Assembly: GCA_964384205.1 (NCBI GenBank)
Contig: CAYLKS010000008.1
Span: 1,852-65,851, forward strand
DNA: 64,000 nucleotides
Reading direction: 5' to 3'
Origin: an uncultured bacterium
Lineage (GTDB): Bacteria > JAGOEH01 > CAYLKS01
This document shows positions 1 to 9,893 of this stretch, in pieces (positions within the stretch are counted from its first letter, which is position 1; the number at the start of each line of letters is the position of its first letter). A program made the position numbers and the translations under genes. The notes under the pieces were generated by a model. The model worked only from the letters and a program-made list of their open reading frames with translations. It had not been told where the DNA came from and ran no database searches.

Positions 1-1344
1 GTTTTATAAACCAAGCCTTTTAATATTTCATATTCTGCATAAGCTGTTGCCATCACATGATAAGTGTCATCTTTATTTTCTGTTAATTTGTTATATCCAA
101 CAGGATTAGTAGGATCAGGAAAATCCATATTTGACGCAGGTCCGCCAAATCCACCAATATTATTTTTATCATATACAGGAACAATTGGGGGCATTGATAA
201 TACCTGATATATTGCTTCTGTTCCAGAATCATCATTCCATTCATTTCTTGTTCTTCCTAATGATAATGATTGTCCAAATTTAAATTTCCCTTTTGTTAAA
301 TCTGTATTAACTCTCAATGTCATTTTATCAGCTCCAGTTGCAACAGCTATACCATCCTGTTTTGCATACATTCCAGAAATCATATATTTAAAAGATTTAG
401 TACCACCGCTAAGGCTCAAATCATATTTATTAAATGGAGCATCTCTAAAAAATTCATCCTGCCAATCAACATCCGGAAAAGCAGAAGGATTTTTCTCCCA
501 TTCAGTAACAAATTTAGGAACATCAATCCCTGCGTTTTCATTAGCCATTCTCACAATCTTTATATATTCAGCAGCATTAGCAAGATCCATCTTTTTCCCA
601 AGGTGTTGAATACCATAAGAAGCTTTAAAAGAAATTTGCGGAGCACCTATAATTCCTCTTTTAGTATTTACTATTATCACGCCATTTGCCGCTCTTGAAC
701 CATAAATAGCTGCTGCTGATGCGTCTTTTAAAATATCAATACTTTCAATATCCTCAGGGTTTACAAAATTTATATCTCCTGGAGCTCCATCTATAATATA
801 CAATGGTGCATTATTATTAATAGTACCTGTACCTCTTATCTTTACATAAGGAGTTGTTCCTGGCTGACCATCATAAACTTCAATATTAACACCAGGTGCC
901 TGCCCCTGCAGTGCTTTAATAGCATTTGTTGTCGGTATTTTTTTTGCCTCATCTACAGATACAGTCGTAACAGATCCTGTTACATCCATTTTCTTTTGAA
1001 CACCATAGCCGATTACAACAATCTCTTCACCTTTTATCTCCGAAGGTTCTAATACAAAATTACACTTCACAGTAACACCTTCTAAAACTTCGATCTCTTT
1101 TATCTGTTCCTTATAACCAATGTATAATACTCTTATTTGATATTTACCGGGCTTTAACCCAACTATCTTATATTCTCCATTTTCATCTGTAGCAGCACCT
1201 AAATTAGTTCCAACAACTACTACATTTGCTCCTACTAAAGCTTCTCCATTAATATCTTCTATCTTCCCAGAAATTATACCCTGTTCTTGCGCCTGAACTA
1301 ATGCAAAACTAAACAAAAACATCAACAAAACAAAAAAATTCTTC
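1..1344 (-). CDS. SusC/RagA-type TonB-dependent outer membrane receptor, N-terminal part (gene runs off window start)
   Basis: Minus-strand translation from ATG at 1344 gives MKNFFVLLMFLFSFALVQAQ (signal peptide), then a CarboxypepD_reg-like segment (GKIEDINGEALVGANVVVVGTNLGAATDENGEYKI) and a TonB plug (IESIDILKDASAAAIYGSRAANGVIIVNTKRG). The reading frame stays open to position 1. Not in the ORF track because it is edge-truncated. Confidence 0.75.
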
Positions 1345-2022
1345 ATAATCCTCTCCTTTTTAAAGTGTACTGTTAATCACAAATTTTAATTTTTCATTCA
1401 ACAAATTTTCCTCCTTTCTGAAAATAAAACATTTTATAATCTTGCTTTAAATTAATAAAAAATTTTAGAAAAAAATACCAATAATAAAAAAAATTATATT
1501 TAAAAAATATTTCAAAATAATTTTTATATCAACAATATATTGATTTTTCTGAAAAATATATTATATTAAAAATTTTATTATTATGCAATAATATAATAAT
1601 TTATTTTATTATTTATATAAAACTTTAAAATACTTTTTACAAAAAATCAAGTCTTTTTTACTATCTTTTTACTTTTTTTTAGCTTATTATATCTAACATA
1701 AAATATAAAATATAAATAGAAAACAAACTTATCATAATAATTACCAAATAAACTCATATCTGGATGGAATAAATTTAAAAAATATAACAATTCTCAATGT
1801 ATGGTTAGCCAAATTCTTTTTATCGATCATTACAACAATAATGGCAATTCATAACTTATAAAAATCTTTTCTCTACCATAATTTATTGCAACACTATAAT
1901 CCACAAACTATTAAATAATATATTTTCTATTGTTTTACATTAAGTGATAAAATCAAAATCCTATTGAATTTTGATTTTGAATTTGTTAATATACAAAAAA
2001 CTCTAACGGGAAAGGTGGAAAT

Positions 2023-3711
2023 ATGAATATTGAAAAACATAAATTGAATCTAAAAGATAAAATCTTAATTATTGGTCATAAAAATCCAGATACGGACTCT
2101 ATATGTTCCGCAATTGCTTACGCTTATTTAAAAAATAAACTTACCAAATCTAACGATTTTATTCCTTGCAGAATTGGGCACTTAAATGCTCAAACCGAGT
2201 ATATTCTGGCAAAAGCAAAAGTAGACCCGCCTCTATTTATTTCAGATATATATATAAAAGTTAAAGATGTGATGACTTCTGATGTGCTATGTATTAATAA
2301 TGAATCTCCATTGGTAGACGCTATTAAAATTATGCAAGATAAAAGAGTTAGAATTGTTCCTGTAAAAAATAATGCAGATAAATTAGTCGGAGTTGTTTCT
2401 CTGTTCTCTTTAAACGAGCACCTTCTGAGTGTAACATCTCCAATGGAAGATTTAAATGTAAAAATTTCACTACAAAATCTTATTAAAGTTTTAAATGCTA
2501 AGATATTATCAGGCAACATAAAAGAAAAAATTTTCGATGCTGAATTTGTTGTTACTGTAATGGGAACATATTCTTTTATTAATGAAATAAAAAATAAAGA
2601 TACTAATAAAATTATATTATTTACTTCTGATAGAAATGATATAATTATGATGGGAATCGAATATGGGATAAAAATCATTGTAATTACAGGAGGAATAGAA
2701 CCAAATCCAGATGCAATAAAAAAGGCACAGGAAAATGGTGTGCTTTTGATTATTACAGATTTTAATATTACAAGAACTTTGAATCTCGCAAAATTATCCA
2801 TACCCGCAGGATTTGCTGTGGAACAAGGCAATTTTACAATAAATCAAAATTCACTATTATCAGATGCAAAATCTAAACTATTAAGTTCAAAGCTAAGAGG
2901 ACTCGTTGTTACTGATGATAAAGGAGACATTCAGGGAATATTAACAAGAAGTAATTTACTCCAAAATATAAAACATAAAATTATTTTAGTGGATCATAAT
3001 GAAAAAAGCCAATCTGTTGCAGGACTAAGCGAGGCAGAAATATTAGAAGTAATTGATCATCATAGAATAGGAAATTTTAATACAAATAAACCAATTACCT
3101 TCTTTTCAAGACCTATTGGGAGTACATGTTCTATAATTGCATCATTATTTAAAGAATATAAAATACAACCTCCGAAAAAAATCGCTCTTTTATTATTAGC
3201 TGGAATATTAAGTGATACTGTTATTTTCAAATCACCTACATGCACTCAAGAAGATATTGAACTTGCAAAATGGTTATCAGAAATATGCTCCGTAAACCCT
3301 GAAAAATTCGGATATGAAATTTATCAAAAATCATCTAAGTTGCATATTATGTCTTCTACAGATATTATAACAAGTGATATGAAAACCTATCACGAAGGGA
3401 AAATCGCATTCTCAATAAGTCAGATAGAAGTATTTGAATTTTCTGAAATCGATGAAAGAATCAATGAGTTAATTGAAGAACTTAATAAATTACGAAATTC
3501 TAATAATTATCTTTTTTCTGCATTAATGGTAACAAATATAACAGAAGGAGACTCTCTAATAATATATTCTGGAGATTCTTATTTAATTAATCTAATGGGC
3601 TTCAAAAAATACTACAACAATAATGTTTATTTTGCAAATGGCATAATATCAAGAAAAAAACAACTTGTCCCAACAATTCTATCTCTACTTAAAGAAAGAA
3701 TAAATGAATAA
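2023..3711 (+). CDS. ppaC: CBS-domain-containing family II (DHH/DHHA2) inorganic pyrophosphatase
   Basis: N-terminal IGHKNPDTDSICSAIAYA and VDHNE/EVIDHHRIG DHH motifs, with the C-terminal SRKKQLVPTILSLL typical of DHHA2 in PpaC. A CBS-pair/DRTGG-like insert lies between the DHH motifs. RBS aaaggtgg upstream. Confidence 0.85.
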   Translation: MNIEKHKLNLKDKILIIGHKNPDTDSICSAIAYAYLKNKLTKSNDFIPCRIGHLNAQTEYILAKAKVDPPLFISDIYIKVKDVMTSDVLCINNESPLVDAIKIMQDKRVRIVPVKNNADKLVGVVSLFSLNEHLLSVTSPMEDLNVKISLQNLIKVLNAKILSGNIKEKIFDAEFVVTVMGTYSFINEIKNKDTNKIILFTSDRNDIIMMGIEYGIKIIVITGGIEPNPDAIKKAQENGVLLIITDFNITRTLNLAKLSIPAGFAVEQGNFTINQNSLLSDAKSKLLSSKLRGLVVTDDKGDIQGILTRSNLLQNIKHKIILVDHNEKSQSVAGLSEAEILEVIDHHRIGNFNTNKPITFFSRPIGSTCSIIASLFKEYKIQPPKKIALLLLAGILSDTVIFKSPTCTQEDIELAKWLSEICSVNPEKFGYEIYQKSSKLHIMSSTDIITSDMKTYHEGKIAFSISQIEVFEFSEIDERINELIEELNKLRNSNNYLFSALMVTNITEGDSLIIYSGDSYLINLMGFKKYYNNNVYFANGIISRKKQLVPTILSLLKERINE

Positions 3712-3746
3712 GGTTGGGGAAAATAAAAGTTCCCCAACCTTTATTT
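3712..3746. terminator. Bidirectional rho-independent terminator between convergent ppaC and pepD
   Basis: Perfect 9-bp inverted repeat ggttgggga(3712-3720)/tccccaacc(3731-3739) with a 10-nt loop. It is followed by tttattt on the plus strand and an A/T run on the minus strand. Confidence 0.55.
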
Positions 3747-3757
3747 AGAAAATATAT

Positions 3758-5200
3758 TTAAACTTTCTCCAATACAGTAAGCAATAAAGTCCAAAACTTC
3801 TCTACAGAAGGTATATTTACTCTTTCATCTGGAGAATGAGGGTTTTGAATGGTTGGCCCAAAAGACACCATATCCATACCTTCAAATTTTTTACCAATAA
3901 TTCCTGTTTCCAAGCCAGCATGGATTGCTTTTATTTCTGGTTTTTTATTGAATAACTCTTCATAGACTTTTGCCACTAATTTCACAATATTAGACTCAGG
4001 ATCTGGTTGCCAACCGGGGTATTCAGAAGAATGTGAATATTCTGCATTTGCTAATTTTGCATTAGCTACAATTTGATTTACTACAGATTCTATCCCATAA
4101 TCAGCAGAGCTTCTGCTCATTTCAGATATTTCCACATTCCCATCTCTAACATCAATAATAGCAAGGTTTGTAGATGTTTCAACAAGTCCTTCTATTGCCT
4201 GGCTCATTGCAATTACTCCATGAGGCAAAGAAACCAATAAATTTAAAATTCTATTACTATCTTCAACCGATAAACAACTCCCAACATTCTCTTTATAAGT
4301 AATTTCTAATGCTAAATCAGGATCTGTATTTTTATAATATTGTTTAGCTTTTTCAAAAGAATTTTCTAATATTTTAACAATTTCATCCGAACACTTTGCC
4401 ATTCCTATAACAGCCGTAGCTTCTCGTGGAATTGCATTACGCTTATTGCCAGCTTTAAACTCTTTTATAACAAATTCATTACTTTTACTTAAATCAAAAA
4501 GCATACCCGCTAATAACTTAATAGAATTTGCTCTCCCTGTATTTATATCCATACCAGAATGTCCGCCCTTAAGTCCGGAAACCTTTATCTCATAACCATC
4601 ATACATTGTGTCTATAGTTTTAGCTTTAAATGTGATATTTGTATCTTTACCACCTGCACAACCTATTACAAATTCGCCTTCTTCTTCACTATCAAGATTA
4701 AGTAAAATTTTACCACTTATAAAATCTTCCTTTAATCCAAAAGCACCTGTCAAACCAGTTTCTTCATCAACAGTTGCCAACACCTCAATAGGGCCTGTTT
4801 TTACACCCGGATCTATAACAACAGCTAAAGCAGCAGCAAGACCAATACCATTATCAGCTCCTAAAGTAGTTCCATCTGCCTTGATCCAATCACCGTCTCT
4901 TACCAATTCTATAGGATCTGTATCAAAATTAAATTTTTTATCTGAATTCTTCTCGCATACCATATCCATATGAGCCTGTAACACTACTGTAGGTTTCTTC
5001 TCCATTCCTTTAGAAGCCGGTTTTTTGATTACTACATTACCCAAATCATCCTGTTTATACTCTAAATTATGTTTCTTAGCAAATTCCACCAAAAACTGAC
5101 TAATCTTTTCCTCTTTTTTTGAAGAACGCGGTATTTGTCTAATTTGATCAAATATCTCCCATAATTTTTCAGGTTTTAATCCCTGTAAAACTTTATGCAT
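3758..5200 (-). CDS. pepD: Aminoacyl-histidine (Xaa-His) dipeptidase, M20 family
   Basis: Blocks collinear with E. coli PepD: PTVVLQAHMDMV, GTTLGADNGIG, GGHSG, NAIPREA, YPGWQP, IHAGLE, MDMVSFGPTIQNPHSPDERV. Confidence 0.9.
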   Translation of the reverse strand: MHKVLQGLKPEKLWEIFDQIRQIPRSSKKEEKISQFLVEFAKKHNLEYKQDDLGNVVIKKPASKGMEKKPTVVLQAHMDMVCEKNSDKKFNFDTDPIELVRDGDWIKADGTTLGADNGIGLAAALAVVIDPGVKTGPIEVLATVDEETGLTGAFGLKEDFISGKILLNLDSEEEGEFVIGCAGGKDTNITFKAKTIDTMYDGYEIKVSGLKGGHSGMDINTGRANSIKLLAGMLFDLSKSNEFVIKEFKAGNKRNAIPREATAVIGMAKCSDEIVKILENSFEKAKQYYKNTDPDLALEITYKENVGSCLSVEDSNRILNLLVSLPHGVIAMSQAIEGLVETSTNLAIIDVRDGNVEISEMSRSSADYGIESVVNQIVANAKLANAEYSHSSEYPGWQPDPESNIVKLVAKVYEELFNKKPEIKAIHAGLETGIIGKKFEGMDMVSFGPTIQNPHSPDERVNIPSVEKFWTLLLTVLEKV

Positions 5201-5319
5201 ATTATCCTCCTGTTATTAAAAAGTTTTCAGATACTATATTATATAGAAAATATTTTTATTGTCAATTACTTTAAAGGAAAATCTACAATTCAAGAAAAAC
5301 TCTTTTTACTATTAATGAT

Positions 5320-5805
5320 TTAATATTTTAAATTTAGAATATTCCTCTCGTATCCTGCCAAATTATTTCTTAATTGTTGTAAACTAATTTTATTTAAATT
5401 CTCATTAATTTCTTTATTAAATGTTTCCAATACTCTAATAATTCTTCCTTTTAATTTCATATAATGTTGTGAATTTTTTTTATTACTTATTATAACAAAT
5501 AATAAATTAATATAGTTATCTTTTAAATATTTATGTCTCTTAAATAATAACAACTTATTATTTCTAAATAATAAAAGTTGTGTTTTCTCTACACTTTCAT
5601 CATAAATATGAATTATTGTATAATACTTCCCAAAAACAGCAGGGAAAATATGGAGCTTTTTATCTAATAATTGAGTAATTCTCTCCTTACACTCATCATC
5701 ACAGCAAAAAGAAACTACCTTCTCTGTAACAAAATTCCTGAAATCCTCAAAATTATCAAAATTGACCTCAAAAAGATTTCTTTCTTTTAAAAAGGAATTA
5801 ATCAT
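5320..5805 (-). CDS. Hypothetical protein (161 aa), first codons overlap ctpA stop (ATGA)
   Basis: Long ORF in AT-rich DNA, co-directional and with 4-nt start/stop overlap with the upstream gene. No recognisable motif. Confidence 0.4.
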   Translation of the reverse strand: MINSFLKERNLFEVNFDNFEDFRNFVTEKVVSFCCDDECKERITQLLDKKLHIFPAVFGKYYTIIHIYDESVEKTQLLLFRNNKLLLFKRHKYLKDNYINLLFVIISNKKNSQHYMKLKGRIIRVLETFNKEINENLNKISLQQLRNNLAGYERNILNLKY

Positions 5806-7379
5806 TTGCTATTTTTTCTATAAATTTCTGCTAATTTTCTGGCCTCTTGAAAATATGATAAAATCAGCCTACAATTCTTATTTCTTTTATTAAAAATATA
5901 ATCAGCTTTTTCTTCTCCCCATTGATATGCAACAATACTTTTAAGAACATAATTTTTTAAAATTTCTATATTATTTGTTAATTCTGAAGAATCGACTTCT
6001 ATATCATTGTCTTTTAAATACTCCACAAATTGCATCATAATAGAATCATCAACATGAAAATTCTGTTCAAATTTTTCAAAATTTGTATCCAACGTTGCTT
6101 CATTCCATAATTTTTCAGCAAATTTAAATAAAGGCCTCTTTTCATTAAAAACAATCTCTTCTACAGTATTTGACAAACTCCACCAATCTAATTTATAATC
6201 AGGAGAAATTCCTCCGCCACCATATACTTTTCTTTTATTTTTAGTATAAAAGACCTTAGAACTATCAGCACTTAATGAATCAATATCTTCATAAAAATAC
6301 TCAAATAACTTTTTAGATTTATATGGTCTTTGAATTAATCTTCCCGATGGAGTATAATACTTAGCAATTGTCAGCAAAATAGAAGCACCATAACCTAATG
6401 GAAATTGTCTTTGCACTAATCCCTTACCAAAACTTCTTGTCCCTATAACTAAACCTCTATCCCAGTCCTGTATCGCACCTGCAAAAATTTCTGATGCGCT
6501 TGCCGTTTGATGACTAATCAATAAAATCAAAGGAATAACTTTAAAATCAATCGAATCTGAAGAATAAAAAATCTCTACAAAATCTTTGCTCCTACCTTTT
6601 GTTGATACTATTTCCTGATTACCTTTTAAAAATAAATCTATAATTTTAATAGCCTGATCTAATAGGCCTCCTGAATTTGTCCTTAAATCAACAATTAATT
6701 GCTTCATTCCCAAAGAATCTAATCTATATAAAGCATCTTTAAATTCAGAATAAGTCTGAGTACCAAAAGTAGAAATTTTTATATATCCAGTAGAATCATC
6801 TAATAAATAAGCATAAGGAATACTTTTTATATGTATCTTCTCTTTTGTTATATAAATAATAGATCTTTTGTCTTTTCTAACAATTTCTAATTTTATTTTT
6901 TTATCTTCGCTATTAAGTCTGCTTTTTACTTCTTCAAGAGATACATTTATTATACTATGATTATTAATTTTTATAATCTTATCTCCAGGCCTTAATCCAG
7001 CTTTTGATGCGGGGGAACCATCAATAGTATTTATTATTGTCAAAAAACCGCCAATAAAATCATAACTTATACCAATACCGTAAAAATCCCCTGTTATCTC
7101 TTCTTCAAATTTTTTTGCTTTCTCAGGAGAAATATATGTACAATGTGGGTCTAAACTTTCCAAAATCCCATTTATTGCACCTGTTATAATTTTATCAAAA
7201 GATACCTCATCAACATAATAATTTTTTACTAACTCAATAGTATTCGATAATAATTTTAGTAATTGCCCATCTGTAAGAACATTGCCTTGAGCAGTACATT
7301 TTATAAAAAATGTTGAATTAAATAATAAAATAAAACCCAATATAGAAACACCAACTCCAAGTATAAGCTTTTTCCTCAT
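5802..7379 (-). CDS. ctpA: S41 family C-terminal processing (tail-specific) peptidase with PDZ domain
   Basis: PDZ segment GLRPGDKIIKINNHSI and S41 catalytic block QTASASEIFAGAIQDWDRGLVIGTRSFGKGLVQ. N-terminal signal/TM. Confidence 0.85.
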   Translation of the reverse strand: MRKKLILGVGVSILGFILLFNSTFFIKCTAQGNVLTDGQLLKLLSNTIELVKNYYVDEVSFDKIITGAINGILESLDPHCTYISPEKAKKFEEEITGDFYGIGISYDFIGGFLTIINTIDGSPASKAGLRPGDKIIKINNHSIINVSLEEVKSRLNSEDKKIKLEIVRKDKRSIIYITKEKIHIKSIPYAYLLDDSTGYIKISTFGTQTYSEFKDALYRLDSLGMKQLIVDLRTNSGGLLDQAIKIIDLFLKGNQEIVSTKGRSKDFVEIFYSSDSIDFKVIPLILLISHQTASASEIFAGAIQDWDRGLVIGTRSFGKGLVQRQFPLGYGASILLTIAKYYTPSGRLIQRPYKSKKLFEYFYEDIDSLSADSSKVFYTKNKRKVYGGGGISPDYKLDWWSLSNTVEEIVFNEKRPLFKFAEKLWNEATLDTNFEKFEQNFHVDDSIMMQFVEYLKDNDIEVDSSELTNNIEILKNYVLKSIVAYQWGEEKADYIFNKRNKNCRLILSYFQEARKLAEIYRKNSK

Positions 7380-7406
7380 TTCTTCCTATATCCTTATTTT
7401 ATTAGT

Positions 7407-7850
7407 TTATACAAACAACACTGGCACCTTTGAATAATCAATAAGAGTATCATAATGCTTTTTAGATATAATTCCTTTCACTCCACCTTCCATTTTCTCA
7501 GATTTTGGAATTACAATCAAATCTACCTCATACTTTTCAGCAAAAAACAATATTCTATCCACAGGTTTCCCTTTATCCAGTTGAATAAATGTCTTAATAT
7601 TCCTATCCAGTGCCAATTCTTCAAAATAATATAGATATTTCCACCCATTTTCTTCTAATTCTATTTCAGCCTCACCATTTGTAATATTTTTAAATTGTGC
7701 ATAATAAGAAATAGTCTGAATATCAATTATATTTATTGCGATTATAGTGGCTTTATGGATATTTGCAAAATCCAATACCAAATCTGTGGAGTTAAAAGAA
7801 TTATCACTACCATCAATATAATATAAAATTTTTTGAAATAAATCAGCCAT
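7407..7850 (-). CDS. Universal stress protein (UspA)-like protein
   Basis: 147 aa with Usp-like beta-alpha layout and the C-terminal VDLIVIPKSEK...GSxxxxxxxxxxPVLFV pattern. 8-nt overlap with V-ATPase subunit D. Confidence 0.45.
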   Translation of the reverse strand: MADLFQKILYYIDGSDNSFNSTDLVLDFANIHKATIIAINIIDIQTISYYAQFKNITNGEAEIELEENGWKYLYYFEELALDRNIKTFIQLDKGKPVDRILFFAEKYEVDLIVIPKSEKMEGGVKGIISKKHYDTLIDYSKVPVLFV

Positions 7851-8487
7851 TGTTTTCCTCTTTTTTGAGGTTAAGTTTTGCTTTTATTTTTTTCATTCTA
7901 AAAAATTCTTCTTTTTCTTGCTCTTCTAAAATTTCCGATATTTTTTTTATAGTGTTTTTATATTGAGGAATAAAAATATTATCAAGTGCATTTACTCTTC
8001 TATTATTCTTTTTTATCTCTTCTGCCAGCTTGACAATCGAAGTTTTCACTTCTATCCATTCAATAAATTGTTCTATAAGATCTCCCATTTCTATAGAACA
8101 TTTATTTAAATAATGATTGGAAGATACAAGACTAATATTTTTCAAAATATCAAACTCTTTCTTTTTTACTGTAATAGATGGAATATAAACTCCCATAACA
8201 CTCATTTCTGTAACATTTAATTCTATTTCTGTACGGAAATTTTGAATTAATTCTTCAAAATTTTTTTTACCAGAAAGCGCAATTCCATATTTTAAATTTT
8301 CCCTGATATCATTAAACTTTTTAAAAATATCTATACTTAACCTTTTTAATTTATGTATCTGAGACATAAATTCCATCATAAGAACTTCTTTTTTCTGTTC
8401 TAAAAGCTCATATCCTTGCTGAGCAAATTTCAAATTTTCTTTTGTTTTTAATAGATTTGATTTCGTAGGTTTAATAGGTACTGCCAT
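7843..8487 (-). CDS. atpD: V-type ATP synthase subunit D
   Basis: 214 aa, N-terminus MAVPIKPTKSNLLKTKENLKFAQQGYELLEQKKEVL is typical of V/A-type D subunits. Last gene of the V-ATPase array. Confidence 0.8.
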   Translation of the reverse strand: MAVPIKPTKSNLLKTKENLKFAQQGYELLEQKKEVLMMEFMSQIHKLKRLSIDIFKKFNDIRENLKYGIALSGKKNFEELIQNFRTEIELNVTEMSVMGVYIPSITVKKKEFDILKNISLVSSNHYLNKCSIEMGDLIEQFIEWIEVKTSIVKLAEEIKKNNRRVNALDNIFIPQYKNTIKKISEILEEQEKEEFFRMKKIKAKLNLKKEENNG

Positions 8488-8488
8488 A

Positions 8489-9880
8489 TTAGAACATCTC
8501 TTCTAAATCTTTTTTATAATATTTCTTTATTTCTTCTTCTTTTACACGAGTTAAAACCTCTTTAGGTAAAATAGAAAGCAATTTCCACCCTATATCCAAT
8601 GTTTCTTCTATCTCTCTATTTACATCACCCTGCCCTATGAATTCCTCTTCAAACCTTCTACCAAATTCCATAAATTTTTTATCCGTATCAGATAATTCCT
8701 CTTCTCCAATAACAGAAGCAAGAGCACGGACAGATTGTACATTAGCATATGCAGCATATAGCTGGCTTGCTAAATTCGGATGATCTTCCCTTGTCATCCC
8801 TTTTCCAATACAGTCTTTCATCAATCTTGATAATGAAGGGAGCACACTTATAGGTGGATATATATTCTGAGCATACAATTCTCTTGAAAGAACTATTTGC
8901 CCTTCTGTTATATAGCCTGTTAAATCAGGGATAGGATGAGTAATATCATCATTAGGCATAGAAAGAATTGGCAATTGAGTTATAGAACCTTTTTTGTTTT
9001 TTATACGCCCGGTTCTTTCATATAAAGAAGCAAGGTCACTATACATATAACCTGGATATCCTTTTCTTGATGGAACTTCCTCTCTTGATGTTGCAATTTC
9101 TCTTAAAGCTTCACAATAATTTGTCATATCTGTGAGTATAACAAGAACATGATATTCAAGCTCAAATGCGAAATACTCAGCTGTAGTAAGTGCTGCTCTT
9201 GGTGTTACAATTCTTTCAATTGTTGGGTCATCAGCAATATTTAAAAATAAAATCACTCGATTCAAAGCACCTGTTTTCTCAAATTCATTTTTGAAAAAGT
9301 CTGCATCATCATTTTTTATTCCCATTGCAGCAAAAATTATAATAAAATTCTCATCTTTTCCTATTTTCGCTTGTTTAACAATCTGTGCTGCAATCTTATT
9401 ATGCGGTAAACCAGCACCTGTAAAAATAGGCAATTTCTGTCCTCTAACCAATGTATTCATGCCGTCAATAGTTGAAATTCCTGTTTGAATAAAATCCACA
9501 GGATATTCTCTCGACACAGGATTAATCGCCATACCATTAATATCTAAAAATTTTTCTGGTGTTGGCTCCGGCAACCCGTCTATAGGCCTACCTATACCAT
9601 TTAATACTCTTCCAAGCATCTCTTCAGAAACACCAATTTTTAAAGTATCTCCTAAAAATTTAATCCTTGTCTTATCCTTAGATAAACCATAAGTTCCTTC
9701 AAATACCTGGACTGCAGCATAATTTTCTGCAACTTCAAGAACTGTACCGAATTTCTTTCTACCAAATTGATCTGTTATTTCAACCAATTCATTATATGCT
9801 ACATTTTCAGTATTTTCTACAAATATAATAGGACCATCTATTTTATTTACACCTAAATATTCTTTTTTTATTCGAACCAT
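8489..9880 (-). CDS. atpB: V-type ATP synthase subunit B (regulatory)
   Basis: 463 aa with the conserved V/A-type B architecture ([17 protein letters not shown], nucleotide-binding fold lacking a full P-loop). Confidence 0.9.
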   Translation of the reverse strand: MVRIKKEYLGVNKIDGPIIFVENTENVAYNELVEITDQFGRKKFGTVLEVAENYAAVQVFEGTYGLSKDKTRIKFLGDTLKIGVSEEMLGRVLNGIGRPIDGLPEPTPEKFLDINGMAINPVSREYPVDFIQTGISTIDGMNTLVRGQKLPIFTGAGLPHNKIAAQIVKQAKIGKDENFIIIFAAMGIKNDDADFFKNEFEKTGALNRVILFLNIADDPTIERIVTPRAALTTAEYFAFELEYHVLVILTDMTNYCEALREIATSREEVPSRKGYPGYMYSDLASLYERTGRIKNKKGSITQLPILSMPNDDITHPIPDLTGYITEGQIVLSRELYAQNIYPPISVLPSLSRLMKDCIGKGMTREDHPNLASQLYAAYANVQSVRALASVIGEEELSDTDKKFMEFGRRFEEEFIGQGDVNREIEETLDIGWKLLSILPKEVLTRVKEEEIKKYYKKDLEEMF

Positions 9881-9893
9881 AACTTACCTTCCA

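Noticed and set aside
2190-2831. Antisense ORFs from the six-frame track embedded in well-supported genes (e.g. 2190-2831, 3060-3245, 4608-4973, 9291-9488, 10836-11237, 12017-12292, 13237-13446, 18838-19047, 19988-20173, 21358-21552, 31774-31956, 32493-32705, 35451-35732, 38260-38508, 44583-44858, 46810-47079, 48430-48633, 50597-50803, 50915-51109, 53727-53927, 55789-56100, 60096-60365, 60473-60676, 61160-61348)
   Set aside because: Each lies inside a CDS with strong motif-level homology on the opposite strand. Low-complexity translations typical of AT-rich antisense frames.
7418-7435. TGGCAC-containing sequence resembling a sigma-54 -24 element between ctpA and the usp-like gene
   Set aside because: No TTGC -12 element at the required spacing, and it lies on the plus strand while all surrounding genes are minus-strand. 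A chance match.
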